Source of the DNA: Felis catus
Taxonomy: Eukaryota
Reading direction: 5' to 3'
NCBI RefSeq assembly: GCF_018350175.1
Contig: NC_058368.1
Location: forward strand, 144,772,001 to 144,836,000
DNA length: 64,000 bases
The position numbers were made by a program, and so were the translations under genes. Numbering within the stretch: the stretch's first letter is position 1; each line of letters opens with the position of its first letter. Shown in pieces: positions 14,440-26,735 of this stretch. Under the pieces are notes generated by a model. That model was given only the letters and a program-made list of their open reading frames with translations. It had not been told where the DNA came from and made no database searches.

Positions 14440-15810
14440 TCTAGGTAACAAAGTGTACCAATGTACACTTTTGTATGTTGTTTACTAGAGTTCCTACTGC
14501 TTTGCATTTTCACTTAAACAATACTGTAGACTCTTCAAATTTTTCCAGTTTTGTGGGTATGAAATATCTTATGTTGGTTATAATTTGGATTTCCCTGATT
14601 AATGCGGTCCATCATCTTTTCATATGGATACCAAACTTTCTTGTTACCTCTGAATGAAATGTCTACGTCATTTGCTTCAAATGCTATTTTTCTCCCATTC
14701 TTCTATCCTTTCTTTCTGGAACTCTGATTAGATGCATGTTAGACTTCTTACTCCTTTCTCTATGTCTCCAAATCTTTCATATATTTCCCAATTCTTTGCC
14801 CATCCATCTGCATTCTAGGTAACTCCTTCAGATCTATCTTCCAGTTACTGTCTTATCTGCTGTTTAATTCATTCGTTGAGTTTTAAATTTAAATTATTAT
14901 ATATATTTTTGTATAGAAATTCTCTTTCTTTGTCAAACCTTCTAGGTAATTTTTTTAATTCCTGAATAATACTTTTGATTCTATTTCTTTAAAATATATT
15001 AACGTTTTTACTTCAACATTCTTTATATGATAAATGCAGTAATTGTAGTCTTTGTGGGCCTCCTCAAAGGGGGCCCACCTCCCCAAAGCACCTTCAGAAG
15101 GTGATTCCTCTAGATTTTGGTGACTTATTTATTTTTATTTTTCAGGATTTTTGACTAGGAGTTCATATGCCTTGGATCTGTATCTGTGGGAATTCTTTAG
15201 AGTGGGGCTTAAAGTTATGTCTCCAGAGGTTTGCATTTGTGGCTGCCAGTCACCTGGGGGTACTGTAACACAGTGCCACTTCATAATAAATTTCTCTTGG
15301 TCTGTTTCAGTACAAACAAGTGATGTGGATTCTGATACCAAATCCACCTAAGAATGTACCTGTGATTGAATTCTCAAAGGAAAACAGGTCCCCCCCATCC
15401 GCAACCCCATCCATTTTACCTAGGGTTAAGGTCTCAATGAGATAGGAAAGCACCCCTACCAAAGCTCATTGAGGATTGGGATTTTTTTCAACTGACTCAC
15501 TGAAAGTATCATTTTTTTAGGTTTGCAGCTCCATTTAAGGTTCCCTGATTCAACCTTCCACCTATCATGGGCCACTGGCTTTGTTTCCTGAGCCTATGCA
15601 GGCCCATTAAAACACAAGTTCTAGGTCTTCTAGTTATCTACAGAGTCCCAAGCAAATTTGTGTTTTCCAATTATGGCTGGACTTCAAGATTTTCTCTTAT
15701 TCTTCTTCCTGCTGAGATGTGTTTGCAAAGATGTTTGTAAATATTTTATCCAGAAATTTTAGCTTGTTCTAGACACCAAATCCACCATATTGCTGTAATC
15801 AGAATTGGAC
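14440..15810 (-). mobile_element. Old L1 (L1M-type) fragments
   Basis: T-rich degenerate L1 antisense motifs (atttggatttccctgatt; ttctggaactctgattagatgcatgttagac). Confidence 0.5.
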
Positions 15811-16051
15811 TGCTTCCTAAAGTGATATTTAAATACACATGAAATCTTGAATCTTTCAACTTCTTTTTTCTCTCTTTTTTTGCCATAACTGACATTGTCA
15901 GATGATGTCCTATTAATACCTAAAACTGTACTGATTTTTTTAGGTTAATATCTCTTGCTTTTTTGTTCCAAATAAATATAAACTATCTCTAAAATGCACT
16001 GTTAAATGAAAAAAAAGAAAAGTGCATAGCTATTTGAATATTGTGCTCTAA

Positions 16052-16053
16052 GT

Positions 16054-16089
<36 letters not shown>
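16052..16089. repeat. (TG)n microsatellite
   Basis: Direct observation. Confidence 0.95.
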
Positions 16090-16094
<5 letters not shown>

Positions 16095-16155
16095 TGGTTG
16101 TCTTTCAAGACAGGAACTGGGTAACTGGGAGATACTGATGGCAGGAAGTCGTAGC

Positions 16156-16367
16156 TTTTTTTAAAAAAAAATATTTATTTTGAGAGAGAGCATGCACATG
16201 TGTGTGCGTTGGGGAGGAGCAGAGAGAGAGGGAGACAGAAAATCCCAAGCAGGCTCCACATCATCAGTGCAGAGTCTAATGCAGGGCTCAATCCCATGAC
16301 CATGAGATCATGACCTGAGCCAAAATCAAAATTGGACACTCAACCAACTGAGCCACCAAAGCGCTCT
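16156..16367 (-). mobile_element. CanSINE (SINEC)
   Basis: SINE body; flanked by ggaagtcgtagcttttt / ggaagtcttatcttttt. Confidence 0.88.
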
Positions 16368-16623
16368 GGAAGTCTTATCTTTTAACTGAATGCCCTCATA
16401 CCTTTTGAACTTTAGCCCTGTGCATGTGTGCTACCTATTTTTAAATAATTTAAAATAATAAAATAAAAAATTGAGTAGGCAATATATTATGGAAAACATT
16501 GTAAAGACACAAATGTAAGGCAATTCCTTCTTTTCTGAGGAATAACTTTAAAGACAAAGCTACTCGATTCTTATAAAGACATACATGGCATACACTGGGA
16601 TACAAAGAGGTGGGTACTAGGGC

Positions 16624-17000
16624 AGGTCATGTATGCATAAGCATGCATGCAGAAATATACTGAATACAGGTGACCTACGACATGGATGCAAAAATATACT
16701 GAGTACAGGTGACCTCAGCGTAGAAGCATGCTTATTTACAGGTAACTGCCAATCATTGGAGAAATATAGCTCTCCTAGGCTCAGAGACCAAGTCAGGTCA
16801 CAGTTCTGTCTGTGTACTCAAGTATGGTAAACAAACCTCACCCTTTCTACAGACTTCCAAATAAGACCATGCCTGTCCAGAGGTCAATTACAATACTTGT
16901 ACTTTGGATGTTCGTTAAGTATTGTGTCATCATTCTGTTTGGACAATTTTGCATTCATTCTACAATTTCAGGTCAGGAACTTTGACCTGAATTGAGGTCA
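16624..17000. promoter_or_regulatory. Candidate intronic hepatic enhancer (nuclear-receptor half-site cluster)
   Basis: Eight perfect AGGTCA/TGACCT hexamers in 377 bp, a DR1-like and an ER6 arrangement, and FOXA-type GTAAACA/TATTTAC motifs. Confidence 0.5.
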
Positions 17001-17685
17001 TTTTAACTGTTGTTTTCCTTCTCACAACCAGAAAGAATTAACACAGGATAATGCTCATAAAGATTTGATTTCTCACTAAAAAAATAATTTAATGCTCCAA
17101 ATATGAAGTCTTTTCCTATATACCAAGCCTCCAAACAGTGACTCAGTGGTACAAGAACACACTCCAAAGAAGTCCTGCTTTTATGTAATCTAATCTCATC
17201 TGTTTTCCTTTTCTTCTGAAAGCATATGATTTGAACTAAAATTTCTCACTGTTCCAATGATATGCATTTCAATCACACAAAATCTTAGAAGAGATTCCAA
17301 TTAGTTCTGATATTACTATCAATGTTAGAACCCTGGGTTTTCTAAAAACACTGTTCAATAACAGAGATGATCTAGCTGTCTTCCTTCAGAAGGTATTGTC
17401 CAGTTCAAGACAAACCCTATCAGATACACTGGGCAGCAGGTGGACAAAACACGCACTCAAGGGCAACTTAAAGTTCTGGGGTCTGGCTCTGACATTAAGA
17501 GAAATTGCTTTTAGGTTCTATGGTTGCTTCGGTGGCATGCAAGCTTGTAAAATTTCTAAAAAGATAAAATCAACAAAATTAAGTTAAAAGTTGTATTGTA
17601 CAAAGGAATGTAGAACAATCCACTTTTACAGCAGATTAGAGGAAACATGATAGAAACAGACTTCTAAAAATCTATAATTCTGAAG

Positions 17686-17980
17686 TATTTTTTTTTACTT
17701 TAAAGAGAGAAAGAGATAGTGTAAGCTGGGGAGAGGGCTGAGGGAGAGAGGTAGAGAGGGAAAGAGGGAGAGAAGGAAAGATAGAGGAGGAGGAGAGAGA
17801 GAGAGATGAAGAGAGGGACAGAGGGACAGGGGGAGAGAGGGAGAGAGGGAAAGAGAGAGAGAATGGATCCTAAGCAGGCTCCACGCTCAGCACATAGCCT
17901 GATGTGGCACTTCTGGGATCATGACCTGAGGTAAAATCAAGAGTTGGACACTCAATCAACTGAGCCACCCAGGCACCCCT
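17686..17980 (-). mobile_element. CanSINE with expanded purine-rich (GA) tract
   Basis: Ends gagccacccaggcacccc; TSD taaaaatct(a/g)taattct. Confidence 0.88.
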
Positions 17981-18099
17981 TAAAAATCTGTAATTCTAAA
18001 CTGAACCAGACCCATAGGGGAGATCTTGCCCAACTTCCTAACACACTGAAACTGAAGTCAATTGCAATCATTTTACCTCTACATTTGAATGGCTGTAGC

Positions 18100-18900
18100 A
18101 TGTGAGAATGACTTTTCTATTCCCAATTCAGTGGACAGTTTTTATTCCTCACTTCCCGGAACACAGTTGACCACTCATTTCTTCATGTAACTCTACTCCC
18201 TTGACTTATGATGTTAGTCTCTCTGGTTCTCGCTGCATCCCTCCCACTAGTCCCTCTAGGTCTTCTTTGTAGATCCATCCTCCTCCTCTGATCATCTCTT
18301 ATGGCCATGTTCTGCAGGTTCCACTCTTGGCCCACCACCCTCTTGCCCCTATGAGCCCTCCCTGGGTGACTGTAGGTACTGGCTTCATTTGAATTGCCAT
18401 CTGTAAGCTGCTGTGTCTCAAACTAAATCTCCCCAGCCTGGTTTTGTCCTTTTGGTTGTTCCACAAGCACATGAGACTAAACTGAACTCATCATCCACCT
18501 CATCAAAACTGCCCCTCTCCTGCCCCTCATACGCATGACCTCAGTTAAAGATACTACCATTAATTAGCTAGTTGCTCACACCAGAAACTTGAGAGTTGTC
18601 CTGAAGTTCTTCCTCACCCATTTCCCCATCAGTGACCCTATTCTACTGATTTTACCCCTTGTATAGTTTTGGACTTTTCTCCTCCTTTCTATACTACCAC
18701 TGCCTGGAGTAGCCACTCCTCATCCTTTGCCTGGTCTCCCTGCATATAGTCTCTTCTCCTCTACACAGAATGACCATATTAAGTGCCAGCCTAATCATGC
18801 AACAAGTGTGCCCAAATCTGTATCAGCTCTCTTTAAGGAGAGAATAAAGTTTAAGCCTCTTAACTTGACCTAGGAGAGCCTCCATGATACAGTCCTATCT
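18100..18900 (+). mobile_element. L2 LINE fragment
   Basis: Pyrimidine-rich degenerate L2 motifs (aaactgaactcatcatc, gttgctcacaccagaaacttgagagttgtcc). Confidence 0.5.
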
Positions 18901-19096
18901 TTTCATGTACTGCCTCCTTCCACCTTGAATTTTCTTTGTAGTTTGCCCTTGTTCTCATGGTTTGGCCACTTTATTACTTTAGCAAAATGCATTTAAAATA
19001 TATTTTGGTACAGAGACCATCTTTACAAAAGGATGGACTCTTCTCAGCATAGTAATTTAATGATGAAGTCTTCATTTCTTCTAAAGTAGCTTTGTA

Positions 19097-19296
19097 GGGC
19101 GCCCGGGTGGCTCAGTCAGTTAAGCGTCGGGACTCTTGATTTCGGCTCAGGTCATGATCTCATGCTTCATGAGTTTGAGCCCCACATTGGGCTGACAGCA
19201 CAAAGCCTGCTTGGGATTCTCTCTCTCCCTTTCTCCCCTTCCCCTATTCGCTCCCATGAGCACACAGGATCTCTCTCAAAATAAATAAAATTTTAA
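19097..19296 (+). mobile_element. CanSINE (SINEC)
   Basis: gggcgcccgggtggctcag start; TSD aaagtagctt. Confidence 0.9.
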
Positions 19297-20348
19297 AAAG
19301 TAGCTTGGTAATGGGCATTGTCTTTTAAAAGGTCTGCAAGAATAGAAGCCTTTGAAAAACTTTTTTCCAACTGAAAGGTCATCTGTAAGGTCGTCCCCGG
19401 GCCATGATGATGTCATGCAGGGCAGAATAAAGCCCACACACAGGTCACCCCTGCTTCTGCCTTTCCTCTCTCCTCTGGCCTCTGTGTCTCCTCTTCTTCC
19501 TTCCTCTCTTCTAATATTCTCATTCTGATCCTTTCTCCTCTCCTTTACTTCCTCTTCTACTAGTGGCTGCCTTGGAGCCCAGGAGAGTTGAACCTTCTGG
19601 GAACTTCCTGTCTCACTACTGGGAGCAGAGTGGCTCAAGCTAGACCACTCCACTTCCTCCCCTTCACCACTTTGCTCTCCCTGAAAGGTCATCTCCCCTG
19701 GGGCTGTAGGAGATGGGGTCAGAAGTAAAGGAAGGGCAGGGGAGGGGCAAAGTGGCCCTCTTTTCCATGCTGTTCTGGCCCCATGAGGCCTCCAAGAGCC
19801 TGGGGGTTCGCAGCCAGAGAACTAAGACACTCTGGCTAATCAAACAGTGCTATTGGGGGAAGAGCCAGGAAACAGAAATAGAATCTTATCGCTTCCATTC
19901 ATAGCTCCTGTGATCTTTAGCAAGGCTCATCACGGCTCACTTTCAGTTTTCTCCTCTGTTGGTATTATAAGCAGTTCATATGAAGTAATGAAAGAGAGCC
20001 TGCTTAGTAAACTGTGAAGCACCAGATGGACATATCCCTGTGCTGTTGTTCCTTCATTCTTTGGTCACTACTGAGTGCATACTTACCAATAAGGACTGCC
20101 TAGTCCCTGTGACCCTTCTTTTCCTCTCTCCTCCCCTGTAGATCCTCCAATTTAAAGAGGTCTTAGGTATCTGCAGTTATATTTTGAATTGGCCAGGCCC
20201 TTCCTTCTCCAGCCACTGAGTTTGTTGGGGAAGACACCTACCATTGCCAGGGCTGAACTGTAATAACAAGGTGAAAATAAATGTACTCTAAGAAAGGACC
20301 CCTCTGCTTCTCACAGTCATATAATTAAAGTTCCCATAAGTAGATTTA

Positions 20349-20489
<141 letters not shown>

Positions 20490-20612
20490 CTAGAGAAAGA
20501 AAAACATTTATCTTTCATTGCCTTGTTAAATTATAAAAGCGCAGCATGGATTTTGCAAAACCAATGATATGTTACATTGTTTTCTAACTCCAAGTAAAAT
20601 AGAGTATTTCTG

Positions 20613-20842
20613 GGGGCACCTGGATGGCTCAGTCCATGAAGCATCTGACTTTTGATATCAGGTCAGGTCATGATCTCATGGTTGTGGGATTGGCACCTGT
20701 GTTGAGCTCTGTGCTGACAGTGAGCCTGCTTGGGATTCTTTCTCTCCCTTTCTCTCTACTCCTCTCCGGCTTGAGTTCACTCTCTGTCTTTCAAAAATAA
20801 ATAAATAAACAAACAAACAAACAAACAAACAAACTTAAAAAA
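20613..20842 (+). mobile_element. CanSINE (SINEC)
   Basis: ggggcacctggatggctcag start; (AAAT)n/(AAAC)n tail. Confidence 0.9.
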
Positions 20843-20871
20843 ATTTTTTTTAAATATTTATTTTTGAGAGA

Positions 20872-20912
<41 letters not shown>

Positions 20913-21070
20913 TGCACGAGCAGGGGAGGGCAGAGAGAGAGGCAGACACAGAATCCAAAGCAGGCTCCAGGCTCTGAACTGCCAGCACAGAGCCCGATGC
21001 AGGGCTCGAACTCACTGACTGTGAGATCATGACCTGAGCTGAAGTCAGATGTTTAACTGACTGAGCCACC
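20843..21070 (-). mobile_element. CanSINE (SINEC), tail-to-tail with the preceding copy
   Basis: poly-T, (GA)n, SINE body ending ctgactgagccacc. Confidence 0.9.
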
Positions 21071-21552
21071 AGTAATAATCTTTAAATACATTATGTGTAC
21101 ATCTCTTTCTTCAGTAGAAAGATCTAGTCTTGTTATATCATAGTTGTCATTATGAAGTGCCCTTACAGTGTATTTTTTATGCACATTTTAGTTTTGCTCT
21201 GAGTCCAGAGGGATGCCACTTCCTCTGCCATAATCAAACAGTCATTCCAGTGACAGCCCTTTCCCAGTCTCTAGATACAGGGGTGCTCATCTCCTGAATC
21301 AATAGCAAGATAGTTAGGATGGTTGTTCTCACCATGACCTTGCCATCCCAGTTTTCCTATAGTGTGTGAGGGACTGAAATTATCCAAATAAGACTCTGAT
21401 TCTCCCAGGGGCAGTATGGTATAACCAGGAGGTTTTTAGAAAATTGCATTTATAAAGTTAAATATCATGAACGTTTTTTATTCTCTTATAAAATCATCTG
21501 TGTGAACATTTATATTGTTTTCAATATTTTGCTATTAAAACAATGATGCGTG

Positions 21553-21780
21553 AGGGCTCCTGGGTGGCTCAGTCGGTTAAGCGCCCAACTTGGGCTCAGG
21601 TCATGATCTCGCAGTTCGTGGATTCAAGCCCTGTGTTGGGCTCTGTGCTGACAGTTCAGAGCGTGGAGCCTGCTTTGGATTCTGTGTCTCCCTCTCTCTC
21701 TGCCCCTCCCCTGCTTGTGCTCTGTCTCTGTGTCTCAAAAAATAAATAAAATGTTAAAAAAGTTAAAAAATTTTTTTAAA
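21553..21780 (+). mobile_element. CanSINE (SINEC)
   Basis: gggctcctgggtggctcagtcggttaagcg start; A-rich tail. Confidence 0.9.
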
Positions 21781-22604
21781 TAGACCATTCCTGGGTGTTT
21801 TCACACATATTATTTGACTAGGTTTTTTTCTTAAAATATTTTTAAACTAAAAAAGTCAATATAGGCATAATTATTTTTTCATATAATACATGCTTTAAAG
21901 AGTTTTCCAAATATTAATTTTCCCTGATTTTTAAAATTTTCAACAGGCCTACAGAATAAAAAATTCTTCAAATTAATGAATGAGGAGAGGAACCTTGAAT
22001 CTGCTGAATTCTTACTATGAAATGTTTTCTACTTTTTGCAAAATTAAAATCTCAAAGGAAGGGAATAAAGATGTACTCGAGAAAGGTATCATGTACTGAG
22101 AGAGATTTCTAATTTGGAAATTTCATCACACAGTGAAAACATTGTCTAATAAGCAAATTGAAAGAATCAGTAGGTCAGAACAAAGCTTTAATTGACCTCC
22201 AGAAATCTGGAACTATGGTGCAGCAGAACGAAGGGCTCAAGCTCTGCCAGAAAAGCCTGTCTGCTAACCTGCGTGCATCAAAAAGTCACCCTGCAGCTGG
22301 ATGGGAATAATTCCATGCTTGTTTCCAGGACACCTAAAGGCTGGCACTGACCCTTAGCCAAGACTACAAAATAGCTAAGGGATTCATAATATGCTGCTTT
22401 CAAGTCTAAGATTCCCCTGGAGTACCTTGTCTAATTTGTTTAGGAATATAGAGACTTGATAACTCACACTGGTTTAGCTCTATACAACCTTGTTTTAGTT
22501 ATGTGACCAGCAGGGTATAAAAGTCCATCTAGTAAACTTGTGCCTTGGCTCCCCAATCTTCATCCAGATGAAGCATATTTTGTATAACTGAAAAGGACTG
22601 TGAG

Positions 22605-24334
22605 AGTGAAAAACAGAGAGCTTCCCCCTAAGGTCAGGAATAAGACCAGGATGTCCCCTCTCACCACTTCTATTCAACATGGTACTGGAAGTCCTACCTA
22701 CAACAATCAGACAACAAAAAGAAATAAAAGGTATCTGAATTGGTAAGGAAGAAGTGAAACTCTCACTATTTGTAGATGAAATGATGCTATATATATAAAA
22801 TCTTAACTACACCCAAAAATTACTAGAACTGAAAAATGAATTCAGTAAAGTTGCAGTGTACAATGTATAGAAATCTGTTACATTCCTATACATTAATGAT
22901 AAAGGAGCAGAGAATGGAATTAAGAAAACAATCCTATTTACAAATGCACCCCAAACAATAAAACAGCTATCAAAAAACTTAACCAAAGAGGTGAAAAACC
23001 TGTACTCTGAAAATTGTAAAACACTGATGAAAGAAATTCAAGACCAGGCAAAGAACAGAAAACTCAGAAATAAATCCACAAATACATGGTCAATTAAGCT
23101 TTAACAAAGAAGGAATGAATATACGATGGAAAAAAAAGACAGTGTCTTCAACAAATGGTGTTGGGAAAATTGGATAGACACATGCAAAACAATGAAACTG
23201 GACCCCTTTCTTTCACCATATACAAAAATAAACTCTAAATGGATTAAAGGCCTAAATGTAAGACCTGAAACCATAAAAATCCTTAAAGAGAGCACAGGCA
23301 GTAATTTCTTTGACATTGGCTATAGCAACATTTTTCTAGATATGTCTCCTGAGGCAAGGGAAATAAAAACAAAAATAAGCGATTGGGACTGTATCAAAAT
23401 AAAAAGTTTCCACACAATAAAGAAAACAACAAAACTAAAAGGCTACCTACTGAATGGGAGAAGATATTTGCAAATTAGATAACTGATAAAGGATTCATAT
23501 CCAAAATATATAAAGAACTGATACAATTCAGCACCCCAAAACAAATAATCCAATAAAAAAGGGACAGAAGACATAAACAGACATTTATCCAAAGAAGATA
23601 TACAGATGGCCAACAGACAAATGAAAAGATAGTCAACATCACTCATCATTAGGGAAATGCAAATCAAAACTACAATGAGATATCACTTCACACCTGTCAG
23701 AATGGCTAAAATCAACAACACAAAAAACAATAGGTGTTAGGAGAGGATGTGGAGAAAAAGGGAACCTTGTGCACTGCTGGTAGGAATGCACACTGGTGCA
23801 GCCACTGTGGAAAATAGTAGAGGGGGTTCCTCAAAAAATTAAAAATAAAACTACCCTAGGATCCAGTAATAGCATTACTGGGTATTTATTACCAAAATAC
23901 AGAAACACTAATTCAGAGGGATACATGCATCCCTATTTTTATATCAGCATTATTTACAATAACCAAACTATGGAAGCATTCTAAGTGTTCACTGATAGAT
24001 GAATGGATGAAGAAGATGTGGTATATACATATACAATAGACTATTATTCAGCCATCAAAAAGAATGAAATCTTCCCACCTACAACTATGTGGATGGATAT
24101 AGAGTGTATTATGCTAAGCAAAATAAGTCAGTCAGAGAAAGACAGATGCCATATGATCTCACTCATATGTGGAATTTAAGAAACAAAACACATGAGCAAA
24201 GGAGAAAGAGAGAGAGAAAGACAAACCAAGAAACAGACTTAATTACAGAGAATTCCACCCAAGGGAGCTGGGTGGGTGGATGGGTGAAATAAGGGATAGG
24301 GATTAAAGAGTACACCTATCATGATGAAAAACAA

Positions 24335-24381
<47 letters not shown>
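22605..24381 (+). mobile_element. 5'-truncated carnivore L1 (ORF2 3' half plus 3'UTR, degenerate, internal deletion) with (TAA)n tail
   Basis: ORF 23126..23482 [30 protein letters not shown] is L1 ORF2; (TAA)n at about 24338-24380. Confidence 0.92.
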
Positions 24382-24382
<1 letters not shown>

Positions 24383-26250
24383 GGAAAAGAACCCCAAGAG
24401 CTATGCCTGAAGTCTTAAACTTCTCTGCTGTTCGCCGGTGCTTTCTTTCTCCTACAAACAACCTCTTCTAGTTTAGTAAGGCCTTGCCCAAGCATACCCT
24501 GTGGTGTTCTGTGAGTCCTTCAATGATCCGGCCTATGAAACTGATGAACTAACTAATAAGCCTAGTTAACCATTGCCCGTCTTATCCTGGAACAAACTCA
24601 CTTTGGATACAGATGCAGGTAGGCCTGTTGGTTCATACCAAACCACTGACTTTTTGTGGCTCTCTTTGTGATGTGCCCCTGAACAAGAACATTACTAACT
24701 GGAAAATAATTCGTTTGGGAAAGCTGTTTTACAATAAAGGTTATCTGAGCCAACCTATAATGGCAGGACCATAAGGCATCTGACTTCCCAGAAATGCTCT
24801 CAGAAAAAGTTTCGTCAGGCTCAGGACAGGTTTAACTGAAGTGTTACTATAGTATTCTTATTTCATGAGTCCCTGAAGCCAAAATGAGAAGCCTCAAGCT
24901 TGAGAGGAAAAACGATAGTCCTTGTGTTCTTCTCCATGGAAGGAGCAGGATGGGATGGTGATGTGGACTCCTTTCTGTCACTTTTTCTCAGATATGGAAA
25001 ATCTGCAATCACCCCCATAGTCTCTCATTCTCAGGGTTTGGAGATTTGGGGGGACTCTGGGGAAAAAAACAATGGTTTGCAAGACCTATCTCAATGTCTT
25101 AGATTTTAGTGAACATAGGATCCTGGGATGCTTTGTCAAAGTACAGATTCCAAGTTCCTATACTAGTGATTCTAATTCAGTAGGTCTGAGACATAGCCCA
25201 GAAAGCTGCATTTTCAGTATTAGCTGATATGAACTTCAGTTTCAAATAGAATGCCCTTGGGCAATATGAATATGTCTTGTTGAATGTCTAATATTGGACA
25301 GAGACTGGGAGAAGTGCCGTGGTGCACAAAATTCTTCAGGGACACCTGCCGCCCAGGCATCAGGATGGACTGAGTCAGATCCATCTATATCTTTGCCTGT
25401 TGGCCCAAGTAAGGAGTTGCTGGTGAGTACTGCCCTACTGTCATCTCTGTTGGGTACAGAGAAAATATGGCTTTGTCCCGGCTCTAAAGTTGGATGCAGG
25501 CTGAAGAACACTTTTGCAGAGTAAGAAGTACCCCTTGTTGCTTCAATATGGAACTAGGAGAAGCTACTATGCCCATGTTTGAAGTGATCCTTGCAGTGAG
25601 AGATTTAATTCTAAATTGGATTATTACCTTTAGACTAAATGGGGACCCTCCCCCTGATCCTAAAAATGAAAGCCAAGAAACAATGAGTAAACCCCCAGCA
25701 GACTATAGACAAGCTGCTCTGGGCCCATAGCCAGGCAGGCCTGCTGGGCACACATACACATATCAGAATAATGCATATATTTTAAGGTTGTTTTTACTCC
25801 ATATGCCCTGAAGCTTATTTCTAAACTTTAATAGTTCAGCCTCTTTGACGTTCTTCCTTCAGGTATAAACAAATGATTGGACTATAATATGCAAGTGCTG
25901 ACTAAACTGCTCTTGCTTTTTTTAAAAAAAATTATTTTAACTCAATTTTGAGTTATATAACCATAAAAGAAAAGAACTAACCCAGTAAACACTATTTTTG
26001 AGAAACTGATAGGCACTTTGGATCATTTAAAACACAGTGTTTTTTTCCTCTTTAACAAACTGACTACATCTCCCTTCCTCTAAGGTGCTTAACACTGTAT
26101 TACCACAGAAGGACAAATTTTACAAAAATATTGATGGATAAAAAATCTTGGGAAAGCATACTGCACAGTAACAAGAAATGTCTTTTTCTCCATAATAATT
26201 CTGATGCAATCATTACTATGTCCCTGAATTACATCATAGATACTTCTTCA

Positions 26251-26364
<114 letters not shown>

Positions 26365-26555
26365 CTAAAATGAAAAGAAAAATAAATAAGTAAACGTTCA
26401 GCCATCCAGAAAACAGATGAGATCACAGCAATCAAAATTCAGTTATGCATTTCAATGTTCTTTTGTTTTTGAATTAACTCAGCATTTTAATTTATTTTTA
26501 AGCAATACTGTTCTTTCAGTGATGTTCCATAAAATTAAAATATAACTTTTTTTCT

Positions 26556-26735
26556 GGGGCACCTGGGTGGCTCAGTTGGTTGAGTGTCCAACTTTTGATT
26601 TTGGCTCAGGTCATGATCTCACGGTTCATGTGCTGACAGCACGGAGCCTGCTTGTGAGTCTTTCTCTCCTTCTTTCTCTGCCTGTCCCCTGCTTATGCTT
26701 TGTCTCTCTCTCTCAAAATAAATAAACTTAAAAAA
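26556..26735 (+). mobile_element. CanSINE (SINEC), internally shortened
   Basis: ggggcacctgggtggctcag start; flanked by aacttttt. Confidence 0.88.

Noticed and set aside
19276..19692. 138-aa minus-strand ORF in intron 5
   Set aside because: Low-complexity purine-rich sequence running into a SINE tail; the ACOT12 frame is complete without it
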